Below, one piece after another: positions 22,945-36,100 of a DNA stretch of 64,000 nucleotides (the first letter of the stretch is position 1; each line of letters opens with the position of its first letter). Where the stretch lies: positions 868,001-932,000 of the forward strand of contig OZ037846.1 of the NCBI GenBank assembly GCA_964035575.1, given 5' to 3'. The notes beneath the pieces were generated by a model. The model did no database searches. It was not told the DNA's origin and worked only from the letters and a program-made list of their open reading frames with translations. Source of the DNA: Rhynchopus sp. YZ270_cl-10 (Eukaryota). Made by a program: the position numbers and the translations under genes.

Positions 22945-25900
22945 TAACCAAATTCCCCCCCCCCCCCCCCCCTTCCCTTTTGAAAAAAAAGGGAAAAATG
23001 ATTGTGTAGATCACCTAAGTGTGACGTCTGGACAGCGCGGGCCCAAAGGGTAAGAAAGACAGTTCAGACCCAGACCTTTTGGTTCTGAACTCTGTCTTTT
23101 CCGAACCCCTTTAGGCCTGAACTGTCTTTAGTACAAAAAGTTAGGTCAGCACAGTCCCTTTTTCCCCTTTTTCCAAAAAAAGAGAGAAACATTACAAAAT
23201 GAAATTCTGAATTTTACAAATCGAATCACATCTGAATAATCCCATCCCCTCCCATCCACCCATCTTTGACATAGATGCTGTGCACGAGAGGCACATTCAT
23301 CTTTCGAGTTTTCTTCTTCTTCTTCTTTTTGACAGAAATGAACCTCATTAGGTGAGTAAGCACGCCAGTCTCAGGTTGTTTCTGCTTTTCTTTTGTTTAA
23401 TTTTTTTTTGATACCAAAATGTAAACCTCAAAATGGATGTAGGACTGCATGGTTGGGGGGGGGGGGGGACCACCTCCCCCCCCCCCGGTGCACCCAGGTA
23501 CCAAAGTACACTGTTCACGAGAGGGCTTTGCATTGGCAATTTTTTTTTATATTTAAAAGGTGATTAAGTAACTCTGAGAGGCTTAGGGTTCATCTTATAA
23601 GCTGTTCTCTTTGTTGTTGTATCGTTTTCCAAGAGAGCCCTGTGAACGCAAATAAAAGAAAGAATCTCTCTCTCAGCTCTTCCCCCATCTTCTAGTCTTC
23701 CTCTCTCTTCTTCGTCTTCCCTGAAAAAAGTTTAAACAAATTTTAAATGCAAATTTATTTTAAACTTTGTGTGACATTACAGACTCCCCCTACTCCCTCT
23801 AAATTCCGACCAATATACGCACACCCTCGTAATCCCATTTTTTTTTTTTTAATTTTTTTTTTTAACTTTCATCCATGGCTGGCATCGTACGTGGGTCAGT
23901 CGGAGGTGCCTGTTTCAATATCTATTGGTGTGGCTGAAGCAGAGCAGATGATGCATACAAAGTGTGATACAGTTCCCAGTGCACGATGCAAGGCCCAAAC
24001 GGCAACGCACGGTGCAAACAACACTACCCTAAAAAAGGGAGGGGGGGCGCAAAAAAAAAGTGCGCAAGAAGTGCGAATCACCCTCCTTCAACCACCCCAT
24101 AATTGGTGTGCCTGAAAGGGGGGGGCTATTTTTTGTGCTACTTTCTGCTATTTTCGGCTATTCTGGGTATCTGGATTTTTTTTGGTGCGGCGGGAGGTGC
24201 TATTTTTTGTGCTACTTTCTGCTATTTTAAGGTCGTCGGCCACACCAATACATGAGGAAAATATGTCACATATTTTTCCTCTCCCTCTCCCTCCCTCTCA
24301 CTCTCTTCGTCAGCCACACCAAATAATGTTATTCTTTTCTCTTTTTCTTCTTCGAAAGCTTTGAAAAAATATATGTAGTAATAGAATATGCACCCCTCCG
24401 CCAACTTACTTCCCCCCTTTTTTAGGGAATTACTTAGGGGGGCCTATACCCGGGATTTTAGGGGCCTTTTTATTTTTTAATTTAAGTCTTTTGTGACCGT
24501 GTAATGCACTTTTTTGAGTACTCTTAAAATTGTTTGAGACAGTCCCAAAAAATTCCCCTTTATGAAGGCTGAACCGGAGTATAGGTCCCTCTAATTACCC
24601 AACTGATAGTATATTTTAAGGCGACTGAGCAACGACGAGAAAAACCACTTTCCTTTATTTATACCATACAATGCAACGAGGCCGAACAAGCCTCGCTAGG
24701 GCCTGATATAGACATGGCTGAGGCGTGATGGTAAGTGTTGGTACCTGCTTCAGGCACGTTTCAGATAGATTTTCCAGACGTGTCTATTTTCAGGCGTAGT
24801 CGGCCTCGTTGCATTGTATGTGATACGCCTTGTCTTCCTCTCTTGTCTTCCTGTATGATAAACTCCATCTTTTCTTTCAAAGAAAAAAAGCAATAAAATA
24901 CCAAAAAACATTCCTCCCTCCCACGAGCCTTATGAAGGTTGCTGTGTGCTCTCGGGTGTCTGCAAAGGGCAGAGTGTGTGTGTTTTTTGTCATTGTTTCT
25001 GACTTCGTTAGAGATCGACGTATATTTTTGCCACTCACAATGTGTGAGTCGGGGATGTGCTTTTTTTTTGTACCGAATATCATCCTGCATTGTGGGAAAT
25101 AGTAGTCGTAGCTTGTCTTGGTTATTTTCTTGTTTAAAGAGAGAGAGTGTTGCTTGATTGGGAAGCAAAAGTTAAAAAAGATGGCCCGCGATCCTAGGCT
25201 ATTACGTGAGTGACTTTAGGGACAGTGGAGCTTGCACATGTGGCAACTGCACTATTCCAACAATTTTTCAACAGCAACAAAAAAAAAATTTTTGGTTCTC
25301 ATTCAGAGCTTGCGCAAATTTCATACCATTACCCCATAGCCCCACCTTTGTTTCTTGTTTCTTTTTTTTTTTTTTTCTTGTTTCTTGTTTTCCTTGAAAT
25401 AATTGTTTTCCTTTTGAATACTCACGAAATATGGAATCGACACTCATACTGTGTCACCACTTTTTTCCTCTTTCAATTTATTGAATTGGTGCTACGGGAC
25501 AACTGTCAAGGACATGTCAATATAGGCCCCCCTCCGGAACACCATGAATGCATACTAATATGTTATGCTGAAATACGTTTTTTTTTCTTGGGTCCCTGCG
25601 TCCAAGAGGCGTGTGCACCTGTATAGTTCTTTACCTTTATATTTGTGTTACTCCCCCTCAGGTGACGGCGAATCACACCGAGAGGCCTATGTTTGCATCT
25701 CTTCCTTTTTCAAAAGCTTCGGGAAATGATGTAAGGACAGCCATGGTTCGGATCGCGCACCCGAAAGGTAGACAATATGCTACCGAGGGCTTTTGTATTT
25801 TTTTTTCAAGTCAACTTTTTTTCCTCCCCTCCGCTCTCATCAGACACTCCAATCGGGGATCTGTGTCAGAGACGAAAATATCATTTTTCGAGAAAAAACA

Positions 25901-26347
25901 GCAATTTTTTTTTTTTTTTTTTTTTTTTTTTGACCCCACCGCGAGACTGTTTGCTAGGAAGGGGAGCTGGGAGAAAGCCTAGCACAATAGAGTCCAGAAG
26001 TATCACCTCAATCAGTTACCTGCCGTAAAGCGTGTAGAGGTTTACAGGGTATTAACTATAGATGCCGTCCATGAGAAGCATATTTCTCGTCTTTCGCAAA
26101 CTTCTTCTTATCTGGCCCCCAAAACTCCAAGAGGTTGGGGGTTTTTGTCCTCTTTTGTGTGCCTCAAAACGCACTGTACACATTGGTGGTATGGAGGGTG
26201 AGATGTGTATTGTGCTGTAAGGGAATCATGAAGTGGGGGAGCATGTGACAGAACCAGTATCCTGCAATATCGTATTGTATCCTGTTGTTGTTGTTGTGTG
26301 GTTTTTCCTGCCCAAAAAACACCTTGCACAAAACAGAGAAACACAAA

Positions 26348-27274
26348 ATGGAAATATGGGTGGAGAGCTTTGACGGAGAGAAGTACACAGTCGAGGTGGG
26401 TGTGGATGATACAACTGCGGACTTACGGCGGAAGGTGGCGTCTGCTACTGCGTTGTGCAAAGACAGCTTTGACATGAGCTTTGGAGGGGAGGTGCTGGCA
26501 AAAGGAGACGACACGACGCAGCTGAGTGCTGGGGACACAATTGTGCTGACGAAGATGAAGAAGACGACGTCGCTGAAGGACGATGCCATTGCAGCTCTTC
26601 GTGACTTGGGTGAGACACGGCTGACGGAAGACAGGTTCAAAGGTCTGACAGATCCCATGCTGGTTCATTTGTTTCTGCAGGCAGAAGTTGTTACTGAGCT
26701 GAGAATTCCCAATTTATTTTTGTCAAGTGGTAGGTTCGAAGAGCTTGATCTCAGTGGTGCGTCAGTTGTGACCCAACTAGGTAACAACTTCCTCTACGAC
26801 TGCACATCATTGCACACTGCTGATTTATCTGGGTGGCGCAATGTGAGACGTATTGAGTTCTCTTTTCTCTTCGGCTGCAGTGCATTGCGAAGCCTTGACT
26901 TGTCTGGGTGGCTCAATGTGACGCACATTGGGAACTTCTTCCTCCAGGGCTGCATCTCGTTGACCACACTTGACATTTCTGGGTGGAACAATGTGACACG
27001 TATTGAGTATTCTTTTCTCCGCAACTGCACATCATTGAGAACACTAGACTTGTCTGGGTGGCACAATGTGACGCACATCGGAGGCACTTTTCTCTGCAAC
27101 TGCGTTTCGTTGGCAACACTTGACTTGTCTGGGTGGACGAGCGTGATGCGTATTGAGCCAGGCTTCTTAAAAGGATGCAAAATACATAAAAGCAGCATCA
27201 ACCTCACCGGATCGAGCAATGTCATGTCGGAATATGTGCATGGCGTAAACACGTGTCCATGTGTTTGCATGTGA
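26348..27274 (+). CDS. Ubiquitin-like domain + leucine-rich repeat protein with C-terminal CaaX motif (CVCM)
   Basis: MEIWVESFDGEKYTVEV..T..LRRKV (ubiquitin-like); 24-aa LRRs LDLSGWxNVTxIxxxFLxxCxSL; ends CPCVCM. Confidence 0.88.
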   Translation: MEIWVESFDGEKYTVEVGVDDTTADLRRKVASATALCKDSFDMSFGGEVLAKGDDTTQLSAGDTIVLTKMKKTTSLKDDAIAALRDLGETRLTEDRFKGLTDPMLVHLFLQAEVVTELRIPNLFLSSGRFEELDLSGASVVTQLGNNFLYDCTSLHTADLSGWRNVRRIEFSFLFGCSALRSLDLSGWLNVTHIGNFFLQGCISLTTLDISGWNNVTRIEYSFLRNCTSLRTLDLSGWHNVTHIGGTFLCNCVSLATLDLSGWTSVMRIEPGFLKGCKIHKSSINLTGSSNVMSEYVHGVNTCPCVCM

Positions 27275-27479
27275 GGCACGAACTACGGAGAAAGACCCCA
27301 TCTGATTGCTGTTGCTGAAGGGGTTTTTTGTATGAGAAGACAATACGTCTGGAAATGAAAGACGCGTTCTTCGGATGCCATGGGCCTTGCCGGTTCCCTT
27401 CCCTTTGTGTTTGAATGCAATGCAGTTTTCAAACACTGTGAGGGACAACGTTGCTGTCTGGGGGTTGGGAGGGTAAACA

Positions 27480-27660
27480 CTCAGATGTGGTGACAAAGAA
27501 CGACAGTGGATGTCCGCCTCTTCGCTGTGCTGGTCCGGTGGGAAATCTCCTCCTAGATGTTGGTCGAAGCAGGTGCGGACGTGAGACTGTGCGCTATCTT
27601 GCGGGCTTGCCAGAGGTGGACGTGAACCACGGAAATTTGTTGGGCCACACTCCATTGGAC
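27480..27660 (+). pseudogene. Ankyrin-repeat remnant interrupted by a hAT-like element
   Basis: NDSGCPPL...ETVRYLAGLPEVDVNHGNLLGHTPLD ankyrin-like motifs; no credible start. Confidence 0.55.
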
Positions 27661-29008
27661 CAGGGCATTATATAGGTTTCGGGGGTTTTCGCTGAAACTC
27701 GGTCAAAGCTCGGTCGAGCCCGGGCGCGCTTCGCGCGCCCGGGTCCCCACCTTAGCTCAAGTTGGGGGCCTCCGGCGGAATGTGAGAATTCCTCGGAGTT
27801 CGGCACTTCATTTATATTTGTGCCAGGCACACGTGGTACACGAATTATCAGTAACCTCAGTACATTCACAAAAGAAACGGCGGTCATGGCACCCAAGCGA
27901 AGCCACGGTACGCAACATTTCTAAAAAATGTTGACATAAATGTCACTGTCGTTGGTAATTATCGTCAGTTTCCGTAAATTTTACTTCCATATTTTGCTGA
28001 AACAAAAGTTTCTGGCGAAGCCACGGTACGCAACATTTCAAAAAAATGCGCAGAAGGGTGGCTGCAAGCTTGCGCCGCAGGCGCACGGTACGCTACTTTT
28101 TTATTTTTGTCGTGCTGCATGCTTCGTTTTCCTTCGGCGTTTGGCCAATCGGGTCGCGTTCTGGCTGTGACGGGGTCACTTTGTTCATGAGGCCATTTCT
28201 GGTCACTCTCAGAGGCTCGTGTGAGGTACCAAAGAAAACCGATTTTTTCCCCCAAGATTTATCATTTTTTTTTTTTTATTTGGCCTGACCCAGGGTAGTA
28301 GCTTGAAAGGTGCACTTTTCAAATGTTGCTGGTTTGCTGGTTTAGAAAAAAATTTTCCCCGGTTGAAAGCGGTCGTCGCGCGCTTCGCGCGCGCCTCCCT
28401 GCCAACCACTGAGTGGAGAGGCAAAGGGTAAATTTTGCGAGACAACAAAGAAAATGGAATATAATCCTGTGTGTACGGCGCTTGGTCTTGCACCTTCCAC
28501 TAACTGTACAAAGTCAATACGTCTTCCAGAAGCAGGGGCTGTTGCAACGGTGGGTCATTTTGAAAAAATGGTCAACTTTTTGCAGCTTTGGTCAAGTTGC
28601 ATTTGCGGCTGCAAAATGCAAGGGGATTCCCTAAGACATAGTAAACTCTATTTTTTGCGGAGCAAAAAATTAATATAAAGTGGCGCCGCAGGCGAAAAAA
28701 AAATTAGGGCATAGTGCAAAACATGCAGCTTTTTACACCACAGAGTCACTTAATGAACCCTTTTTAGGGGTTCGCTTACGTGTGAGACTTTCTTCTGTGA
28801 GTGGGAAAGTGGTGCGGGGGAGGCGAAAAACTGAATCCCGAATCCCACTTTTTTTTTTTATTTTTCCCCAAACCAGTAAACCAGCTCGTTCTGGTTTTGA
28901 AACCAGCAAAAGTACCCAAGCTATTTCCCTGCCTGACCGAGTTTTAGTTAAGGCTTGCTGTAAACTCGGTCAGGCTGACCGAGTTTTACCCCACTATATA
29001 ATCCCCTG
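27661..29008. mobile_element. Non-autonomous hAT-like element
   Basis: TIR cagggcattatatag / ctatataatcccctg; 8-bp TSD cattggac at 27653-27660 and 29009-29016. Confidence 0.85.
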
Positions 29009-29711
29009 CATTGGACCATTGTTGGGGGGAAAACATAAAAAGGAAAAGTAGGAGTGCGGTTTCAATTTTTCATTTAGTGCACCCTATTATACCTTCTATT
29101 CAGTAGAATAGTTAGTATATGCAACAATCTTCTTCTTTTTTCTGCTCAAACGAAGGTGCGACACTCGCAAAGTCATTCTTATTATTGCAAATGGTCAAGA
29201 CCAGAGATTTGTATCCTTAGTGACCTCAGGTTGTACCATCTTGTAACAAAGCCTTTTCCCCAACCTTCAAAAACGGCACACTACGAGCACACAAGACCCC
29301 ACCCCCTTTCCCCCTCTTTTTTAGCAACCTACCAAACAAAGGGTCTGCGTTTTTAGGGGTTTTCCGATTCCAGCGACCAAACTAGCATTAGCTAGTGAGC
29401 CCTCGTTTGGAGACACCAGTCAGGTGGGGAGTTTGGCTGGGGGCGGCAGGCAGCACTATCCAGGCGAGGTACCCAGAATAGTGCTGTTCTTGGATCTCTG
29501 ATGTTGTGCGTACACATGACCAAAAATACACAGATTTTGCGGTCCCCACGACTCGCATATTTCCCTCTGGCGTAACACTTTGAGGTGCCGTTTCTTTTTT
29601 GTTATCCCCCCACCCCACATCACAAACCCAACCATGAAGAGATAGACACATAACAATGGAGCTGGTTGTGAAAGGGCTTTGGAAAAAGGGGGTACGTGGT
29701 TCCTGAGGTGA

Positions 29712-30430
29712 CCGCGTGTTGCGCAAGGCAGCTGAAGCTTTGAGGAGGGCTGGGGTGGGAGTGTGGAGTGTGTGCTCGAAGCGAAGAGTGCACTGTGCTC
29801 CTTTTGTGCGTGGGTATGGGTGTGTTGGAGCTGTCGGGGGGTGGTGTGCATGCTTGGTGCTCGATGCTTGCGATGGTGCTAGGTGATGGACGTCATCTCC
29901 TGTGAGCAAAGGTTGCACCGTGGTGCACAGTGTGGAGACGGGGGTGGGGAGGGAAAGGAGAGGGTGGACGCGGGGGGGTTTTTGCTGGTGTGCGTTTTTA
30001 TGTTACAGCACTGCGTTGTTAGGAACACTCTGACAGACGTGAGGGTTTCGTTTGTGATAAGCGAAGGTGGTGGCCACAGCGTGGGTGGAGCTGTCCAAGG
30101 CAGTGTGAGGTGAGGTGAGCGCGCTGCCACAGTGGAGCGACTGCACAGCCCTGGAGGGTGGTGGTGGTGAGACTATCCCAAGATGGGTTTGGTGTTGTCT
30201 TTGACGGTTTCTTTTGTGCACAGGAGGGCACAGCCGTCTGAGCCTTGCTTTTTTTATGGCATGTGAGGTGAGGGATTGCGGCCGACACCTGACCATATCA
30301 TCATGTGCACGGGGTGCAGGTGGTTGAAGGGTTGGGAGGGTGTGGGTATTCTACAGACGTTGCGGTTGTGTGTCCGAGCGAGCAGAAGAGATGACAGACG
30401 TACGAAGGGATGGGTGTGTGGGTTTGATAA
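29712..30430 (+). repeat. Long direct repeat, copy 1 (copy 2 at about 31987-32940 with an internal expansion)
   Basis: Near-identical cgcgtgttgcgcaaggcagctgaagc ... gacagacgtacgaagggatgggtgtgtg..tttgataa. Confidence 0.9.
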
Positions 30431-30507
30431 CGGCCTAGGGGGGCATGGGGATGTTGTTGCTTTTCAAACACCAGCCAATGGCGGTGGCGAGAGATGGGCG
30501 TGTATGT

Positions 30508-31344
30508 CAGGGGTCCTAAGAGTGGTAACTTTTACCACTTCTGAAGTGACCTTTTTTATTTTTTTGAAATCCGAAGGTCACTTCGAAGTGACCTTCGAAA
30601 AGTGCCCTAAAAAGTGACCTTCCCCTTTTTTATTTTTGAAATCCGGTGTCACGAAGTGACCTCATACTTAACATACACCGGGAACACGTTGGACGGTCCA
30701 GGATTTTTTTACTTTTTTGCCAAGATCAGTGGCCTGCAGGGCTACAGGTTGCCACAATGTACAATTTTAAGCGCAATTTTTTGAAATGTTGCGTACCGTG
30801 GCTTCGCCCGAAACTTTCGTTTTAGCAAAACATGGAAGTAAAATTTACGGAAACTGACGATATTTACCAACGACAGGGCAACATGGCAATATTTTTTAGA
30901 AATGTTGCGTACCGTGGCTTCGCCAGGAACCTTTGAGTGATATGACTGCCGTTTCTTTTATAGATGCACTGAGGATCACCAGTGGCTACCAAGCTACCAA
31001 GGCTGCACAGAGGAGGGCAGAGAAAGGGTTGGGAGTGGCGGAGTGTGAAAAAACATCTGCCTCTGGTGTTGTGCTGTTCGTGGTAAGAAGCAAAACGGTG
31101 ACACCAGACTGCGAGACCGCGAAAGTGCCGCACAAAAAAAACCGTATCTAGTACCCTGTCCCTATGATACGGCGATAACCAACGTCCAGTGTATGTCCGA
31201 GGAATTTGCACCTTGTCAACTTCACTCTTGTTGTTGCCATGCAGCTTCTGAGGGGGGAAAGTTTTTTTTTCCCTCCCCAAAAAACGAGAAGTTACCTTGA
31301 AGTTACCATTTTTAATTTTTTTGAGTACAGCGTTAGGACCCCTG
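30508..31344. mobile_element. Non-autonomous hAT-like element
   Basis: Perfect TIR caggggtcctaa / ttaggacccctg; 8-bp TSD gtgtatgt at 30500-30507 and 31345-31352. Confidence 0.88.
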
Positions 31345-31986
31345 GTGTATGTGCTACTGTGTGGGTTATCCCTAGCATTCAGGATATAGCCCATGCATGT
31401 GTGTTTTGAACTCAATCATGGGTAATTTATTGTGGAGTTGGGAGATGGGTGGTCTGCAGAGGACTGAAGGGTTCTGCTTCTGTGCAAGGGGAGAAGGGTT
31501 TGGCGACTGTGTTGCTTGCTTTGTTGCATGTGGCATGTGGCAGCAGTAGTGCTGCATGGGGGTGGAGTGGGCAATAGCTCGCAGGGGTTGGGGTTAGACC
31601 ACCCGCAGAGGGCTCTTGGGGTTGCGTGTAGGATGCCAAGGGCTCTGAGGTGGGATGTGTTGTGGGGTTTCTCTCGCAGGTCTTTTTCGATGCGGGGTTG
31701 GGAAGGGTTAGACCACAGAGGACTCTTGGGGGGGGTTAAGGAGGGTTTGAAAGTGGGACAAGGTAGTTCCTGTGATGAACACTGTTCAGAACGGAGGCGG
31801 CGCTCGGGGGTGTATATGGGTCTTCGTGAGAAATGTACCTGGCATGATGCTCCAAGCTACAAGGCCTATCACTGCACAAAAGTGTTAGTCACAGATGACT
31901 GGGAATTGATGCCGTGGTTGGGGTTGTGGGGGCGATGCTGTGCTCGGGTGGTGGGGGTTGGGTGGAGCGCCTTCTTTAGGTGTGGT

Positions 31987-32940
31987 CGCGTGTTGCGCAA
32001 GGCAGCTGAAGCTTCGAAGGGGTGGGAGTGTGGAGTGTGTGCTCGAAGCGAAGAGTGCACTGTGCTCCTTTTGTGCGTGGGTATGGGTGTGTTGGAGCTG
32101 TCGGGGGGTGGTGTGCATGCTTGGTGCTCGATGCTTGCGATGGTGCTAGGTGATGGACGTCATCTCCTGTGAGCAAAGGTTGCACCGTGGTGCACAGTGT
32201 GGAGACGGGGGTGGGGAGGGAAAGGAGAGGGTGGACGCGGGGGGGTTTTTGCTGGTGTGCGTTTTTATGTTACAGCACTGTGTTGTTAAGAACACTCTGA
32301 CAGACGTGGGGTTTCGTTTGTGATAAGCGAAGGTGAGGTGAGCGTGGTGGCCACAGCGTGGATAGAGCTTCCAAGGCAGTGTGAGGTGAGGTGAGCGTAG
32401 TGGCCACAGCGTAGGTGTGTGAGCGTCACATGCTTTGGGAATAGACAGGGAGAAGATCCACTGGGGATTGACCTGATGTGTGCGGGAATGTCGTGATGGC
32501 GGTGTGGGTTACGGTGATGGTATACTGCTGGTGAAGCGAGCCAGATATGGTTCATCATGAGGGATGATGCAGCCTGCTGAGGTCGTGATGCGGTAGAGTG
32601 GGTAGAGCTTCCCAAGGCAGTGTGAGGTGAGGTGAGCGCGCTGCCACAGTGGAGCGACTGCACAGCCCTGGAGGGTGGTGGTGGTGATACTATCTCAGGA
32701 TGTGTCTTTGACGGTTTCTTTTGTGCACAGGAGGGCACATCCGTCTGAGCCTTGCTTTTTTTATGTCATGTGAGGTGAGGGATTGCGGCCGATATCTGAC
32801 CAGGTCATCATGTGCACGGGGTGCAGGTGATTGAAGGGGTTGGGAGGGTGTGGGTATTCTACAGACGTTGCGGTTGTGTGTCCGAGCGAGCAGAAGAGAT
32901 GACAGACGTACGAAGGGATGGGTGTGTGTGGGTTTGATAA
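31987..32940 (+). repeat. Long direct repeat, copy 2
   Basis: Matches 29712-30430. Confidence 0.9.
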
Positions 32941-33179
32941 CTAAGAGGGTCATTCTTGCGCAGAATGTGTCTCCAAAAGGGGGGATGGGGGGATCACGTC
33001 ACGGCTGACACCCCCACAGGGTCGTGACGGTGATGTAGTGGTTGTATGCCGTCCTGGGTCGCTTGTATGAATAGCGGGTGGCAGGAGTGGCAGCACTCAT
33101 TGAGGGGTTTTCCGTCCAATTGGCAGGCACCACAGAGTAAATCTGGCTTGAGTTGTAGTCCATCACAATTTCGAGGCCA

Positions 33180-36100
33180 TCATTCTCATTGTGGAGGTTG
33201 CAACATGTTTGCACTACGGTGCGTGCCTTCGCGCGAGAATCACATCTTGCCTTGCCGTGGCTTTCGCATGAAAGGGGTTTTGCGTTCTTTCGGGCATGGG
33301 TGGGTGCTGGTCGCGGGGGTCTGGACCGAAAGGATGCCGTGTTGGCTGCAGCTCTGCCTCTGCTCTGGCTCTTGCTTGAGGTCTTCCTTGCAGGTTGTGT
33401 TCCCTTTGATGTGCTCGATTATCAATTTCGAGTCACCATGGACCATCGCCTGGCCACGAGGGGAAGATCGTGAAGGACGCTGAGGCCACTGCCAGCCCCT
33501 TCGTACTCGGCGACGTTGCTGCTTCTTGCGGAGGGTAGGGGTGTGGCTGATGAGGCCACTTTGGCACCGTCAATGTACACGACTGCCCTGCCCCTGCCCG
33601 AGCAAAGACCGTGCCGTTCTGCCTTGCTCCGCCATCGAACCCGGTGTCCTGCAAGGGTGTTGCGACAGTACACGACGTTGTGGACGCATTGTAGGGTTGG
33701 TGACTGCGGCTGCTGAGGCTAGGAAGGGACACCCTGCCATTAGCTCAAAGTCTATTGCGAGCTCGACGAGTATCAGGATCGCAGCAAGGGCACCCCTGCA
33801 TCCATTGGTTGGTGTGAAGGCTTCACCCACAGACCCGTTGCACGGAAGTGTCGCTTCATCTTGACGTAGGCCCTCTGAGCACCTTCAGCACCATCCCATT
33901 GCAGCCCAGTCTGCGAGGCGCATCGCTTGTCGATAGGGACGGTATCAAAACACTTTTTGAAGTCTATCGCCACGCCGTAGATGTGCTCGTCAGTGAGGTG
34001 TGCGCATTACAGCTGAGCCGCGAGGTGTGTCGAGAGCCTGACACGGAGCATTGGTGACACTGCGACCATGCTGAGACAGGCTCTCGAGGGGTGTCAAGGC
34101 AAGGAGACGTCCAGGGACGTCGAAATTGCTGCCCAGATTCGGAAGGCACTGCGCACGCACTTGTCGGACAGTGTGGAGATGCTGAAGCGCCCTGAGATGG
34201 CCCGCGTGAAGAAGTTTGCTGCTTCTCCTGTGTGTTTGCTGTGTGTTGCAAGATGCACCAACTTCGTGCCTAAGGCCAAGGGTGTCACCGACGTCACCGA
34301 TGTGCGAACTCTGTGTGGCCGTTGACTGGTGGTGACGACGAGTACTTCCAGTGCTCTGGTGCAGACGAGCTCTCCTTGCACAAGCGTCACGAATGAAAAT
34401 GCTGCGAAAGGTGCTGAACTGGGTGCCAGTACAGGTCCTCCGTCTTGGTCCCTCTTGGGCCTGCGTGCAATCCTTCTGGTGCCAGCTTGTCCAGCCATGG
34501 AAAAGCGGGCGTATTGATGCTCATATCCAAAGGAGGACCGCCGTTATGGGCCGTTGCGACAGGGGGTCAGCTCACTGCCAGGTTTCGGAATCAGTGGTCC
34601 AAAGCTTGCATGAGTGACTCCGGCCACACGCAGTCACGTTCGATGGCGTTTAGGCATTCCACAAGGATGGCGACGATAGTGTCGGGTAGCTGCTCCACCT
34701 CATGTGCTCGCCAGCCATGCATGCCTGGGGAGGCGGTACGCTTCAAACACTTGAGAGCCTTGCGCACGTCCTCCACCTTGATGGGTTCGCACGCCACGTC
34801 TTCCGCCGCAGGCAGCACGTCCTCATACACTGCGAGGAAGTTGTCCCAGCTAGGTTCAGGGGTAGAAGCGTGTTTCCGGATACCCCAAGCTTGGTTGTCT
34901 CTGAGCAGCGACTGGGTCGGCCGTGAGGGTACCATCCTGTTGCTTCATGAACGCAGCCGGCGTGGAGAACCGGTCAGCCACATAAATATAGTGCCTTGGC
35001 CTTTACTCCCAACGTTCTGCATGATATGCTGCCAGTGCAGGCTGCGTTGTGACTACATGGCGGCAAAGGCTTATCTTTGCGACCCTTCAAGCTACTCAAG
35101 GAGTCGGTCCAGGTGGTCCATGTCGGGTTTGGTACGGCGAGGGCCTCGGTGATCTCATCTTTTAGCGGGCCACCACAGTGCCTCCAGTGGTGTACCTTCC
35201 TGGCTTCGCCCTTCGTTGGTGATGGTCGGATTGGCGTGTATTGCGCACGGTGTTTGGCGTCAGGAGGATACAACACACTGGGTCGTTATCCGTACCACCA
35301 CCTCCCTTCACCGTCAAGTGTGTGCCCTTCCCGCATTGTGAGGGGTCCGGTCTATCATCCCAGGGACCCCATGTTCTGTCATAAACACCGATGGTCGATC
35401 TCGGAGGGGACGTCTTGGGTCCCCTCCGAGCAAGCTGTGCCAGCCACAGGCGCGCTGTCCTCCAATGACGGGGTGCTCATCATAGCTTAGGATGCAGTTC
35501 TGTGGGTTGGTAGGGCGGTGCAGTAGGGGACGTCGGAACGGGCGGGCAGGGGGCAAGCGTCATAGCAGAGATGAACTCGTATGGGTCTATGGGTCTTTAA
35601 AGGTCCCTAGGGACGTCCAGGGTCGCCTCAGGGAGTTTGCAGGGTAGGGGGTAATCGTTGGGCGCTGCTTCTGGGATGAGAAACTGGTACGAACGGCAGC
35701 TGGCCCCAGTATCTGTCTTTTTTTTGCACCCCTTACCCTTTTGGTGTCGACCGGGTATAGGTTGCGCGGTGGGCTTGGGGTGGGCGGTGCGGCTCCTTGC
35801 CAGGGAGTGGCGCGGCCCCGGCCACGTGAGGTCGGGACCAGGCCAGGGACTTCGGGGCGCAGGACTCGCGTAAGGGCGTCGGTGTCCGTGTGGGCGCCAC
35901 CTCCCGCTGCAGCTCCTGGGCACTCCTGGCTGATCTGCACCTGCTCACCCATCCATCCCTGGAGAGCGTCGAAGTGTGCTCCAATCTTCTCCTTGTCGTC
36001 GAAGTGCGCTCCTTCTGATGCAGGAGCGCACTCTCGGTCCCCTTGAGGGTCGCGGTTTGCAAGGCCATCATTCCCATGAGGTCTACGAGCTCCGCCTTCA

